From Pseudomonas matsuisoli (GTDB lineage Bacteria; Pseudomonadota; Gammaproteobacteria; Pseudomonadales; Pseudomonadaceae): a stretch of 24,000 bases of DNA. Under the pieces are notes generated by a model that was not told the DNA's origin, made no database searches, and worked only from the letters and a program-made list of their open reading frames with translations. Numbering within the stretch: the stretch's first letter is position 1; each line of letters opens with the position of its first letter. Location of the stretch: the NCBI RefSeq assembly GCF_014647635.1, contig NZ_BMPO01000006.1:85583-109582 (forward strand). The letters run 5' to 3'. This document shows, piece by piece, positions 7,762 through 16,985 of this stretch. Position numbers and translations under genes: made by a program.

Positions 7762-8107
7762 CCTGTAGGAGCCAGCCGGACTGCGATCAGCTTGCTGGCG
7801 ATCAGGTAGTCCTGGCGACGGCGAAATTAAGCAGTTGCCGCTGATACTGATCGCCCACAAGTGGGCTCCTACAAAGAAGCACGTGATGCGCAAACCTGTG
7901 TTACGACGCGATACCTGTAGGTGCCCACCGGACTGCAGTCAGCTTGTGGGCGATCAATATCAGCAGCAACCACGCAATCTCAGCGTCGCCGCAACTATCG
8001 GATCGCCAGCAAGCTGGCTCCTACAGGAATCGCGTCGGAGCTCAAGTCCGCGCATCACCCGCTTTTCGTAGGAGCCAGCCGGGCTGCGATCAGCTTACTG
8101 GCGATCC
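7762..8107. repeat. REP family 1 array: five units in alternating orientation (long-fwd, short-rev, long-fwd, short-rev, long-fwd)
   Basis: The units lie at 7762-7805, 7847-7873, 7914-7956, 8001-8027 and 8067-8107. The core is GTAGGAGC-stem-TT-stem-GATC. The period is about 152-154 bp, and the flank GTTACGACGC..ACCTGTAGG is shared at 7748 and 7900. Confidence 0.88.
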
Positions 8108-8214
8108 AGTCGACCAGTCGCCACCCACCTGCACACCGTACCCGCTCCTTACCTAATCCACCCAACGCCCCACACCCAATCTCACCCAGCAATAATCTGT
8201 CACAAACGGCTAAG

Positions 8215-9468
8215 ATGCCCGGCTCCGTCGCGCAACTCCGGTGCCTTATGTCAGCCGAAACGTCCCTCCTCCGCCATCGCCCCTTCATGGCTTTCTGGTT
8301 CGCGCGGGTGTTTACCGCGAGCGGCTTCCAGATGCTGACCGTTGCCATCGGCTGGCACATGTACTCGCTCACCGGCAGCGTGCTGGACCTCGGTCTGGTG
8401 GGCTTGGTCGAATTCATGCCGAAGATCCTGTTCATTCTGTTCACCGGCCACGTCGCGGATCGCTTCGACCGGCGTCGCGTGGCCGCAATCTGCCAAGCCG
8501 CTCAGGGATTGGTGGCCTTGGCCCTGCTGCTCGGCAGTTCGACCGGCACGGTCACCCGCGAGATGATCTTCGTCATTGCGTTCCTGCTGGGCAGCGCGCG
8601 TGCATTCGAGATGCCAACGACCCAAGCGCTGCTGCCGAATATCGTGCCGGCGGGGCTGTTTCCCAAGGCAGTAGCCGCAGCCGCATCGGCGATGCAATCC
8701 GCGACCATCGTCGCGCCGGCGATTGGTGGCCTGCTCTACGCGCTTGGCGCGGGCTGGGTTTATGGGCCGAGCGTGGTGCTCTACGCACTGGCCCTGAGCC
8801 TGATGCTGAGTCTTCCTTCTCGCCAGCGGCCACTGAAGCAAAAGGTCTCCATGGAATCCCTGCTTGCGGGTTTTCGCTTCATTCGCAGCCGTGCGGACAT
8901 TTTCGGCGCCATCTCGATGGACATGTTCGCCGTGCTGCTGGGCGGCGCCACGGCGTTGCTTCCCGTATTCGCCAAGGACATCCTGCTTACCGGCCCTTGG
9001 GGGCTCGGGCTGTTGCGCTCCGCCCCCGCCGTCGGCGCGCTTCTGATGTCGTTCTGGCTGGCGCGCTTTCCCATCGAACGCAAGGTTGGCCCGGTCATGT
9101 TCACCGCCGTGGCGATATTTGGCGTTGCGACCATCGGTTTCGGGCTATCCACGTCGCTCTGGTTTAGCTTGGCGACGTTGGTCGTGCTGGGCGCTGCCGA
9201 CATGATCAGCATGGTCATCCGCGGCGCCTTCGTGCAATTGCAAACACCGGACGAAATGCGCGGACGGGTGGGCGCCGTCAATGGCCTGTTCATCGGCGCG
9301 TCGAATCAACTAGGGGAATTTAGGGCCGGCGTCACGGCGGCGTGGATCGGCACGGTGCCGGCGGTGGTCGCAGGTGGTGTCGGCGCCATCGTGATTACTG
9401 GGCTGTGGGTGAAGCTGTTCCCGACGCTCGCGCATCGGGATCGGATGCATGAAGCGCCGGTGCCGTGA
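8215..9468 (+). CDS. MFS transporter (EntS/MFS_3-like family)
   Basis: The protein has 12-TM-like hydrophobic periodicity. The N-terminal LRHRPFMAFWFARVFTASGFQMLTVAIGWHMY is typical of the 'transmembrane secretion effector' MFS family. The start is uncertain: ATG 8215 (417 aa) or ATG 8248 (406 aa, MSAETSLLRHRPF...). The ORF-track start at 7921 runs through REP elements and is spurious. Confidence 0.85.
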   Translation: MPGSVAQLRCLMSAETSLLRHRPFMAFWFARVFTASGFQMLTVAIGWHMYSLTGSVLDLGLVGLVEFMPKILFILFTGHVADRFDRRRVAAICQAAQGLVALALLLGSSTGTVTREMIFVIAFLLGSARAFEMPTTQALLPNIVPAGLFPKAVAAAASAMQSATIVAPAIGGLLYALGAGWVYGPSVVLYALALSLMLSLPSRQRPLKQKVSMESLLAGFRFIRSRADIFGAISMDMFAVLLGGATALLPVFAKDILLTGPWGLGLLRSAPAVGALLMSFWLARFPIERKVGPVMFTAVAIFGVATIGFGLSTSLWFSLATLVVLGAADMISMVIRGAFVQLQTPDEMRGRVGAVNGLFIGASNQLGEFRAGVTAAWIGTVPAVVAGGVGAIVITGLWVKLFPTLAHRDRMHEAPVP

Positions 9469-9539
9469 GAGGCAGAGCTATTCCGCCAGATCAGTAGTAT
9501 CGCGGCTAAAGCGGATGCACCGAAGGTTAAGACGGCCGA

Positions 9540-11744
9540 CTACAACACCTTATCCAACGTGATCGGCAACTCCCTCACCCGCTTACCCGTAGCGTGGTAC
9601 ACCGCATTGCCGATGGCCGCCGCGACGCCGACGATGCCGATCTCCCCGACGCCTTTCGAGCCCAGGGCATTGACGATCTCATCGTGTTCCTCGACGAAAA
9701 TCACATCGAGCTCTGGCGAATCCGCGTGGACGGGGATGTGGTACTCCGCCAGGTTGTGGTTCATGTATCGCCCGAGCTTGTGGTCGATCAACGTCTCTTC
9801 CTGCAGCGCCTGCCCAATCCCCCAGATCACGCCGCCCTGAATCTGGCTGCCCGCCGTCTTGGGGTTGACCACACGGCCTGCGGCTACCGCGCTGACGATA
9901 CGCACGACGCGGAGGGTACCCAAGGCCTCGTCCACCCGTACTTCGGCGAAAACCGCCGAATGGGTCGCGGTAGCGTACTTCTCGCGCGCCTCCCCGGGCT
10001 TGCCGTCCACTTCGGCTTCGATGGGGCCACAGGTTGCCACGATGTCTTCCAGCGCCATCCCGTGCTCAGGCGAATCGCCCAGTTGCAGACGTCCGTCCAC
10101 GAACCGCAGGTCATCGACCGCGCCCTGCGCTAAGGGTGAGTCCGCCAGCTGCCGCGCCGCTTCCCAGATTTTTTCCTTAAGCGCATCGCACGCTTTCTGA
10201 ACCGCGCTGCCCACCGACGACACCGTGAACGAGCCGCCTTGCAAAGGCGCTTTTGGAAACGATGAATCCCCGAGACGAAACTCGACGCGCTCGACCGGCA
10301 GGCCAAACGCTGCGGCGGCGATCTGCGTCATTACGGTATAGGTGCCAGTACCGATATCGGTGGTGGCGCTGCTGACACGCAGAGTTCCGTCGCTGCATAG
10401 CGCCGCCTTGGCGCTGGCGGGCATCTGCATCGCTTCCCAGACACCGGTCGCCATGCCCATGCCGATCAACTCGTGCCCTTCTCGCATGCTTCGAGGCTCG
10501 GCTGATCGCTTATTCCAATCAAAGCGCGCGGCACCTTGGGCGTAACACGCCCGCAATTCTTTGCTCGAATAGGGCTTGCCTTCGTTTGCATTGAAATCGG
10601 TGTAGTTCGCCAAACGGAATTCGACCGGATCCATGCCCACCGCGCAGGCAAGCTCGTCCATGGCGGACTCCAGTGCATAGACGCCCTCGGTGGCACCGGG
10701 CGCGCGCATGTCCAGCGGCGTATAGACGTCGAGCGGCACCAGGCTGTACTTCAGTGCCACGTTGTCGCAGTGATAGAGCATCCCTGACCATTCGGCGACG
10801 TGTTCGGTGAAGTCCTCGAACCGTGATGTTTGCCCGATCACGCTGTGCTCGATCGCTTGCAACTTACCGTCCGCCGAGGCGCCCATGCGTAACCGCTGGG
10901 ACATGCGTGGTCGATAACCGAAGGTGAACATCTGCTGACGCGTCAGGGTTACGCGCACTGGCGCTTTCAACGTCAGCGACGCCATTACGGCGAGCACCAG
11001 TTGATATTGCGGGCGCAGCCCTGAGCCAAAAGCACCGCCGACGAAGGGCGCACGCACGCGGACCTGCCCTTCCAAACCGAAGATTTGCTCGATGTAAGCC
11101 TGGCTGTTCTGCGTGCCCTGGGTCTTGTCATAGATCAACAAGCTGCCGTCCGGGAAATACATCACCGTGGACGCATGCGGCTCCATCGGGTTGTGATGCT
11201 CAACTGGCACGCGGTATTCGACGTCGATGGTCTGGTCGGATTTCGCCAATGCCGCATCGACGTTGCCACGCGCCTCGGGCAGTTCGGCTGGGGCGTCATG
11301 CGCACGGTCCAGCTGCGCGTAAAGATCGGTCTCGTGGGACTCCACGTCATATTCGACTTCGATCAGCGAGACGGCATGCCGCGCGATTTCCAGGTCTTCC
11401 GCCACGACCAGTGCAATCGGCTGGCCGCTGTAGAGCACCCGGTCATTGTAGAGCGGCCGAAAAGGCGCACCATCAGCGGCGTCCATATCTTCGTAGGCAT
11501 CGTTCTCGCCGGCCATTTTCGGCCGGTTCAGATGCGTCAGGACGAGGCGAACGCCCGGGACGTTCTCTGCGGCTTCGGTATGAAGGGTCAGAATGCGGCC
11601 GCGCGCGATGGCGCTGGACACCGCGCTGCCATAAAGCAGACCTGGCGCGTCAAACTCACCGGCGTACTGCGCTTGGCCGGTAACCTTCTTGGGGCCGTCG
11701 ACGCGGTCAAGCGGCTTGCCCACTGGGGATTGCATGGCTGTCAT
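9540..11744 (-). CDS. Xanthine dehydrogenase/aldehyde oxidase family molybdopterin-binding large subunit (PaoC/YagR-like, 734 aa)
   Basis: The size and sequence are typical of YagR-type Moco subunits (GKPLDRVDGPKKVTGQAQYAGEF..., ...GVGEIGIVGVAAAIGNAVYHATGKRVRELPITLDKVL). The start overlaps the upstream stop as ATGA. Confidence 0.9.
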   Translation of the reverse strand: MTAMQSPVGKPLDRVDGPKKVTGQAQYAGEFDAPGLLYGSAVSSAIARGRILTLHTEAAENVPGVRLVLTHLNRPKMAGENDAYEDMDAADGAPFRPLYNDRVLYSGQPIALVVAEDLEIARHAVSLIEVEYDVESHETDLYAQLDRAHDAPAELPEARGNVDAALAKSDQTIDVEYRVPVEHHNPMEPHASTVMYFPDGSLLIYDKTQGTQNSQAYIEQIFGLEGQVRVRAPFVGGAFGSGLRPQYQLVLAVMASLTLKAPVRVTLTRQQMFTFGYRPRMSQRLRMGASADGKLQAIEHSVIGQTSRFEDFTEHVAEWSGMLYHCDNVALKYSLVPLDVYTPLDMRAPGATEGVYALESAMDELACAVGMDPVEFRLANYTDFNANEGKPYSSKELRACYAQGAARFDWNKRSAEPRSMREGHELIGMGMATGVWEAMQMPASAKAALCSDGTLRVSSATTDIGTGTYTVMTQIAAAAFGLPVERVEFRLGDSSFPKAPLQGGSFTVSSVGSAVQKACDALKEKIWEAARQLADSPLAQGAVDDLRFVDGRLQLGDSPEHGMALEDIVATCGPIEAEVDGKPGEAREKYATATHSAVFAEVRVDEALGTLRVVRIVSAVAAGRVVNPKTAGSQIQGGVIWGIGQALQEETLIDHKLGRYMNHNLAEYHIPVHADSPELDVIFVEEHDEIVNALGSKGVGEIGIVGVAAAIGNAVYHATGKRVRELPITLDKVL

Positions 11745-12727
11745 TGCGTGATACCTCCCGCGGCTTCACCCAGTGCCCGAATGATGGCGCCGTGGGCGAG
11801 CTCGACCTTGAACGCGTTGTGTTCCAGCGGTTGTGCGCCGCGCAGCAGCGCATCCGCCGCCTTGGCAAAGTTGGCCTGATCCGCCAACTGGCCGACCAAT
11901 AGCGCTTCGGCCTCTGCGACCCGCCAGGGTTTGTGCGCAACGCCACCTAAAGCGATTCGCGCCGTTGAAATGCGGTCGCCGTCCATTTCCAGCGCGGCCG
12001 CAACCGACACCAGCGCAAACGCGTAGGACGCACGATCACGCAACTTCAAATACGCGTAGTGCGTGGTAAAACGCTCGGCGGGAAGCTCGACTGCCAGGAT
12101 GAGCTCGTCTGCTTCGAGCACGTTGTCGCGCTCCGGCTGATCCCCAGGTAAGCGATGGAAATCGGCAAATGGAATGCGCCGCTCGCCGCCAGGCCCGGTG
12201 ACGATCACCTCGGCTTCGAGCGCTGCCAAGGCCACGCACATATCGGAAGGGTGCGTCGCCACGCATTGGTCGCTGGCGCCCAGGATCGCGTGAATACGGT
12301 TGACGCCCTCTTTCGCAGGGCAGCCGCTGCCGGGCTCGCGTTTATTGCACGGCACCGCGCTGTCATAGAAGTAATAGCAGCGCGTGCGCTGAAGCAGATT
12401 ACCGCCGGTAGTCGCCATGTTGCGCAGTTGCGGCGAAGCCCCGGCGAGAATCGCCTGAGACAGTAACGGGTAACGCGCTTCGACCTCTGGATGCCAGGCG
12501 AGGTCCGAGTTCGGCACCAGAGCACCCACCCGCAATCCGCCGGTGGCGGTCGTTTCTACATCGCGCAGCGGCAGCGCATTGATGTCAATCAAACGCTCAG
12601 GGCGGGCGACGTTCTCCTTCATCAGGTCCAGCAGGTTCGTGCCACCCGCGATGAAGCGCGCGTCCGGCCCGGCCATCTTCACGGCTTCATCCACTGCCGT
12701 CGGTTTGCTGTAGGCGAACGGAATCAT
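11741..12727 (-). CDS. FAD-binding medium subunit of the molybdo-oxidoreductase (PaoB/YagS/CoxM-like, 328 aa)
   Basis: MIPFAYSKPTAVDEAVKMAGPDARFIAGGTNLLDLMK is the standard FAD_binding_5 N-terminus. The ATG at 12727 overlaps the small-subunit stop as ATGA. The 26-codon extension in the ORF track is unlikely to be translated. Confidence 0.88.
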   Translation of the reverse strand: MIPFAYSKPTAVDEAVKMAGPDARFIAGGTNLLDLMKENVARPERLIDINALPLRDVETTATGGLRVGALVPNSDLAWHPEVEARYPLLSQAILAGASPQLRNMATTGGNLLQRTRCYYFYDSAVPCNKREPGSGCPAKEGVNRIHAILGASDQCVATHPSDMCVALAALEAEVIVTGPGGERRIPFADFHRLPGDQPERDNVLEADELILAVELPAERFTTHYAYLKLRDRASYAFALVSVAAALEMDGDRISTARIALGGVAHKPWRVAEAEALLVGQLADQANFAKAADALLRGAQPLEHNAFKVELAHGAIIRALGEAAGGITQ

Positions 12728-13245
12728 GCGGTGCCCTCCCCACGGCACACAGGCAAGGCTTCCTGCACCGCATCGTGGATGTTGTTGTAGGCGCCACAGC
12801 GACACAGGTTGCCGCTCATCATTTCGCGAATTTCGGCGCTGCTGTGGGCGCGTCCTTCGTTAGCGAGCCCAACGGCAGAGCAAATCTGGCCTGGTGTGCA
12901 GTAACCGCACTGAAACGCGTCATGTTTGACGAAGGCCGCTTGCATGGGGTGCAAGGCGTCTTCGCTGGCCAGTCCTTCGATGGTGGTCAATTCGGCACCA
13001 TCGTGCATCACGGCCAGGGTCAGGCAACTATTGATGCGTCGGCCATCGACAAGCACGGTGCACGCGCCGCACTGGCCGTGGTCGCAGCCTTTCTTGGTAC
13101 CGGTCATCTGCAGGTTTTCACGCAGCAGATCCAGCAGTGTCGTCCAGGGGCGAACCTCGAGTTCGTGCTTCTTCCCATTAATGCTCAGGGAAATGAGGTG
13201 CACGGCATGGGAATTTCCGCCCGGGGGTGGGGTAATCGCGTTCAT
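12724..13245 (-). CDS. [2Fe-2S]-binding small subunit of the molybdo-oxidoreductase (PaoA/YagT-like, 173 aa, no Tat signal)
   Basis: The protein carries both 2Fe-2S cysteine clusters, GCDHGQCGACTV...NSCL and CGYCTPG...LCRCGAY. A GAGG Shine-Dalgarno lies upstream. The N-terminus lacks a twin-arginine motif. Confidence 0.9.
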   Translation of the reverse strand: MNAITPPPGGNSHAVHLISLSINGKKHELEVRPWTTLLDLLRENLQMTGTKKGCDHGQCGACTVLVDGRRINSCLTLAVMHDGAELTTIEGLASEDALHPMQAAFVKHDAFQCGYCTPGQICSAVGLANEGRAHSSAEIREMMSGNLCRCGAYNNIHDAVQEALPVCRGEGTA

Positions 13246-13502
13246 GGGAGCCTCACGGTTAAAGGTGTGCGCAGTCAGCTGCGTCTCCTGGATTGGGACG
13301 AGAGGCGGCTGCTGATCGTTCCGGTCAACGGGTAAACGGCAAGAAGATCAGGGAGGTGCGGCTCATCGGGTCGAAAACACGATACGGGCGGAGAAACCTC
13401 CGGCTTGCTATGCTCGCGCGCCTTTCTCGGCCCATCGTTTGCAAGCTCGGCCGCACGTACTTCCTATGACTTTGGCGATTCGCCATACGGGGACCTTCTT
13501 CC

Positions 13503-14792
13503 ATGCTGGAAAGACTCTTCCAACTCCAGGCCCACGGCACCAACGTTCGCACTGAGATTCTCGCGGGCGTGACGACCTTTCTGACGATGGCCTACATCCT
13601 GTTCGTCAACCCCAGCATCCTTGGGGAAACCGGCATGGACAAAGGCGCGGTTTTCGTCGCGACCTGCCTCGCCGCCGCCTTCGGTTCCGCCGTCATGGGC
13701 TTGATCGCCAATTACCCGATCGCCCTGGCACCCGGAATGGGACTGAACGCGTTCTTCACCTACACCGTCGTGCTCGGCATGGGCCACACCTGGCAAGTGG
13801 CACTGGGCGCGGTGTTCCTGTCCGCGTGCCTGTTCTTCTTGTTGTCGATCTTCAAGATTCGGGAATGGATCATCAACAGCATTCCCCTCGAGCTGCGCTC
13901 GGCCATCGCAGCCGGTATCGGGCTGTTCCTGGCGCTGATCGCCCTGCAAAGCGCCGGCATCGTGGTAGCGAATCCGGCAACCACGGTAGGCCTCGGCGAC
14001 CTGTCCGCGCCGCCCGCATTGCTGGCGATTCTGGGTTTCTTCCTGATCGTCGGATTGGAAGCACGTGGTGTGACTGGCGCCGTCCTGATCGGCATCCTGA
14101 CGGTCACGGTCATCAGCATTCTGCTGGGCATCAGCGCGTTTGGCGGCCTGGTGTCCATGCCGCCATCCTTGGCGCCCACCTTCATGCAGCTCGACATTGC
14201 GGGTGCGCTGGATGTGGGTTTGATCAGCGTGATCTTCGCCTTTCTGTTCGTAGACCTGTTTGATAACTCCGGGACGCTTATCGCCGTCGCGAAAAAGGCA
14301 GGGCTGATGCGGGCGGATGGCTACATGCCGAAGATGGGTCGCGCGCTGATCGCCGACAGCACGGCAGCCCTAGGCGGCTCGATCCTTGGCACCTCGACGA
14401 CCACGAGTTACATCGAATCCGCCTCCGGGGTGAGCGCTGGGGGCCGTACGGGGCTGACCGCGATCGTAGTGGCCGTGCTGTTTTTGGGCGCACTGTTCTT
14501 CGCACCACTGGCCGGCAGTGTTCCGGCATTCGCGACGGCGCCGGCCTTGTTGTTCGTCGCGGTACTGATGGCCTCGGGGCTCGCTGAAATCGATTGGCGC
14601 GACCTCACCACCGCGGCCCCCGTGGTGATCACCGCGCTGGCGATGCCGCTGACCTACTCCATCGCCACGGGCATCGCCTTTGGCTTCATTGCCTGGGTCG
14701 CCATCAAAGTCATCGCGGGCCGCTTCCGCGAGCTGAATGGCATGCTGGTAGCACTGGCGATCTTTTGCGTGGTCAAGCTCAGCCTGTTTTAA
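13503..14792 (+). CDS. NCS2/AzgA-family purine (adenine/guanine/hypoxanthine) permease (429 aa)
   Basis: MLERLFQLQAHGTNVRTEILAGVTTFLTMAYILFVNPSILG matches the conserved start of E. coli AdeP/GhxP-type permeases as I recall them. The protein is hydrophobic and multi-TM throughout. Confidence 0.9.
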   Translation: MLERLFQLQAHGTNVRTEILAGVTTFLTMAYILFVNPSILGETGMDKGAVFVATCLAAAFGSAVMGLIANYPIALAPGMGLNAFFTYTVVLGMGHTWQVALGAVFLSACLFFLLSIFKIREWIINSIPLELRSAIAAGIGLFLALIALQSAGIVVANPATTVGLGDLSAPPALLAILGFFLIVGLEARGVTGAVLIGILTVTVISILLGISAFGGLVSMPPSLAPTFMQLDIAGALDVGLISVIFAFLFVDLFDNSGTLIAVAKKAGLMRADGYMPKMGRALIADSTAALGGSILGTSTTTSYIESASGVSAGGRTGLTAIVVAVLFLGALFFAPLAGSVPAFATAPALLFVAVLMASGLAEIDWRDLTTAAPVVITALAMPLTYSIATGIAFGFIAWVAIKVIAGRFRELNGMLVALAIFCVVKLSLF

Positions 14793-14839
14793 CCACAATA
14801 CGTCCCAGCCCGGATGCAACGCGTCCGGGAGACACCGCA

Positions 14840-14951
14840 CGCGGGTTCCACCCGCCCTACGGCTCCTGCGGACCGGCGCAATCCGAATGCTGCCGTACAC
14901 CGATCGCCGCCACTGCACGGCTTTTTGTAGACCGGGTGCCAACCCGGGTAC
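14840..14951. repeat. REP family 2 units between the permease gene and trmA
   Basis: GCGGGTTCCACCCGCCCTAC lies at 14840-14859 (reverse). GTAGACCGGGTGCCAACCCGGGTAC lies at 14927-14951 (forward), preceded by GGCTTTTT. Both are the same motifs seen at 548-713. Confidence 0.7.
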
Positions 14952-15082
14952 CTCGATACTTTCGACCGGCACGCAAAGAATGAGAGCGCTGACCGCTCGA
15001 CGCAACGACCCTGGCGACCGCGCATCCCGTGCGCCAAGTCCGTACAATGCGCGCCGTCGTCCGTATCGTCCCCGAGTGATCC

Positions 15083-16171
15083 ATGAGCGCCACCGTTTTC
15101 GACCCCGCCCAATACGATCAGCAGCTAGCCGAAAAAGTCGTTCGCCTGCGTGAACTGCTGGCGCCATTCGCCGCACCCGAGCCGGAGGTATTCGATTCGC
15201 CGCGCGAGCATTACCGCCTGCGGGCCGAGTTTCGCTTATGGCGCGAAAACGAAGAACGCTTCTACGCTATGTTCGCGCCGGGGGACAAACATACGCCGAT
15301 CTTGATCGAAGACTTTCCCATCGCCAGCCGGCGCATCAACGAATTGATGCCGCGCCTGAAAGCGGGATGGCAGAGCAGCCAGACGCTGTCGTTCAAATTG
15401 TTCCAGGTGGAATTCCTGACCACGCTTTCTGGTGATGCTCTGATCACGCTCGCCTATCACCGCCCGCTTGACGAGGCGTGGCAGAGGGAAGCCGAACGTT
15501 TGTCGGCAGACCTGGGCGTTAGCATCGTGGGTCGCTCCCGCGGCAAACGCATCGTCATTGGGCGCGATCATGTGGACGAAGAAATGACGGTCGCGGGCCG
15601 TACCTTCCGTTATCGCCAACCCGAAGGCGCGTTCACTCAACCCAACGGCGAGGTGTGCGCAAAGATGCTCAACTGGGCGTACGAGGTTATGGGCGAGCGT
15701 ACCGATGATCTGCTCGAACTCTACTGTGGCAATGGCAATTTCACCCTGCCCTTGGCCACTCGTGCACGCCAGGTATTAGCAACGGAAATCAGCAAAACGT
15801 CGGTCAACGCCGCCTTGCATAACCTGGCGGATAACGGGATCGACAACGTGTCGCTGGTCCGGCTTTCTGCCGAGGAACTCACCCAAGCACTGAACGACGT
15901 GCGACCTTTCCGCCGTCTCGCGGGTATCGACTTGAAGGGCTATGACTTCGGTACGGTTTTCGTTGACCCACCCCGTGCGGGCATGGACCCAGACACCTGT
16001 GAGCTGACCCGGCGTTTCGAGCGGATTCTTTACATCTCGTGCAATCCGGAAACGTTGGCGGCCAACATCGCGCAGTTGAGCGATACCCACCGTGTCGAGC
16101 GCTGTGCGCTGTTCGATCAGTTCCCGTATACGCATCACATGGAGGCGGGAGTGATGTTGGTTAGGCGGTGA
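15083..16171 (+). CDS. trmA: tRNA (uracil54-C5)-methyltransferase TrmA (362 aa)
   Basis: [44 protein letters not shown] parallels E. coli TrmA ([20 protein letters not shown]...HYRMRAEFRIW). The protein has the SAM-MTase motif [14 protein letters not shown] and a C-terminal [11 protein letters not shown]. Confidence 0.93.
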   Translation: MSATVFDPAQYDQQLAEKVVRLRELLAPFAAPEPEVFDSPREHYRLRAEFRLWRENEERFYAMFAPGDKHTPILIEDFPIASRRINELMPRLKAGWQSSQTLSFKLFQVEFLTTLSGDALITLAYHRPLDEAWQREAERLSADLGVSIVGRSRGKRIVIGRDHVDEEMTVAGRTFRYRQPEGAFTQPNGEVCAKMLNWAYEVMGERTDDLLELYCGNGNFTLPLATRARQVLATEISKTSVNAALHNLADNGIDNVSLVRLSAEELTQALNDVRPFRRLAGIDLKGYDFGTVFVDPPRAGMDPDTCELTRRFERILYISCNPETLAANIAQLSDTHRVERCALFDQFPYTHHMEAGVMLVRR

Positions 16172-16209
16172 CGTACCTGCCGTCGGTGATGCGGTCGTTT
16201 TGACGATCG

Positions 16210-16293
16210 CTGATCGCCCACAAGTGGGCTCCTACAATGCGCTGCGAACCGCGTAGGAGCCCACCGGGCTGCGGTCAGCTTGTGGGCGATCAG
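16210..16293. repeat. REP family 1 inverted pair (short reverse unit plus long forward unit)
   Basis: The short reverse unit CTGATCGCCCACAAGTGGGCTCCTACA lies at 16210-16236. The long forward unit CGTAGGAGCCCAC-CGGGCTGCGGTCAGC-TTGTGGGCGATCAG lies at 16252-16293. Confidence 0.85.
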
Positions 16294-16301
16294 GGTCGGC
16301 G

Positions 16302-16342
16302 AAAAACCAAAAAAGCCCGGATGCTTTCTCAAGCACCCGGGC
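16302..16342 (-). terminator. Rho-independent terminator of the Yip1-family gene
   Basis: GCCCGGATGC (16315-16324) pairs with GCACCCGGGC (16333-16342). On the minus strand the stem is followed by TTTTTTGGTTTTT. It lies about 17 nt past the stop at 16359. Confidence 0.8.
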
Positions 16343-16358
16343 TTTCCGCATTCAGCGA

Positions 16359-16985
16359 TCAACGCCCCGGGAACAGCGACCAGCTCACCCCGAAGTCGAA
16401 GCCCAGGCCCCACAGGGCAACGGTTGCCGCAAGCAATAGCTCCAACACCAGTACACCAATTGCCAGCGTACCGCCGGTGATGGTGAAGCCTTCCTTGAAG
16501 CCTTCGGCCAGGCTTACACCCAACAGCGTCGGATACCCGGTATAGAGCAGGTAGCCCGTATAAGCCACGGCGATTACGCCGACGATCGCCCACAGGATCA
16601 GCGATGGATACAGCAGCGCCAACCCGCCAATGAACAGCGGCGTTGCGGTGTACCCGGCAAAGAGCACGCAGCGACGGCGGCTCGGGCGATTGTTGAAGCG
16701 TTCGGACATCCAGTGGATCACGTTACCCATGATGCCGACGGCGACCAGGATCAATACGTAGAACGTCAATGCCATCGCCAGGCCAGTCGATACCGCCACT
16801 CGGTCTGCCTCGGTATCCACTCGCCAACCGATCTGTGTGGTGCCAAGGAATGCGCTGATTGCGGGGATCAATGCCAGCAGCAGCACATGATGCGCGTACA
16901 TGTGCGTGATCGTTTCACCCTCGCCGCGGATGTTCTTCCACTCCTGGGTTGGACGAGATAACAGTCCCCAAACATGATTGATCAT
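16359..16985 (-). CDS. Yip1-family integral membrane protein (208 aa)
   Basis: MINHVWGLLSRPTQEWKNIRGEGETITHMYAHHVLLLALIPAISAFLG... followed by five hydrophobic segments is typical of bacterial Yip1/DUF1282 proteins. The ATG at 16985 is preceded by a strong AGGAGGA Shine-Dalgarno. The ORF-track start at 17021 is 12 codons upstream. Confidence 0.8.
   Translation of the reverse strand: MINHVWGLLSRPTQEWKNIRGEGETITHMYAHHVLLLALIPAISAFLGTTQIGWRVDTEADRVAVSTGLAMALTFYVLILVAVGIMGNVIHWMSERFNNRPSRRRCVLFAGYTATPLFIGGLALLYPSLILWAIVGVIAVAYTGYLLYTGYPTLLGVSLAEGFKEGFTITGGTLAIGVLVLELLLAATVALWGLGFDFGVSWSLFPGR

Noticed and set aside
7762-8107. Regularly spaced repeats (65-87 bp spacing) that could be mistaken for a CRISPR array
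   Set aside because: The units alternate in orientation, are GTAG-headed REP hairpins found at other loci, and differ in length (27 vs 41-44 nt). No cas genes or leader are present.
13425-13445. PurR-like half-site (CGTTTGC) upstream of the purine permease
   Set aside because: Only one half-site of the 16-bp palindrome is present, and I cannot confirm that a PurR-type repressor operates in this lineage.
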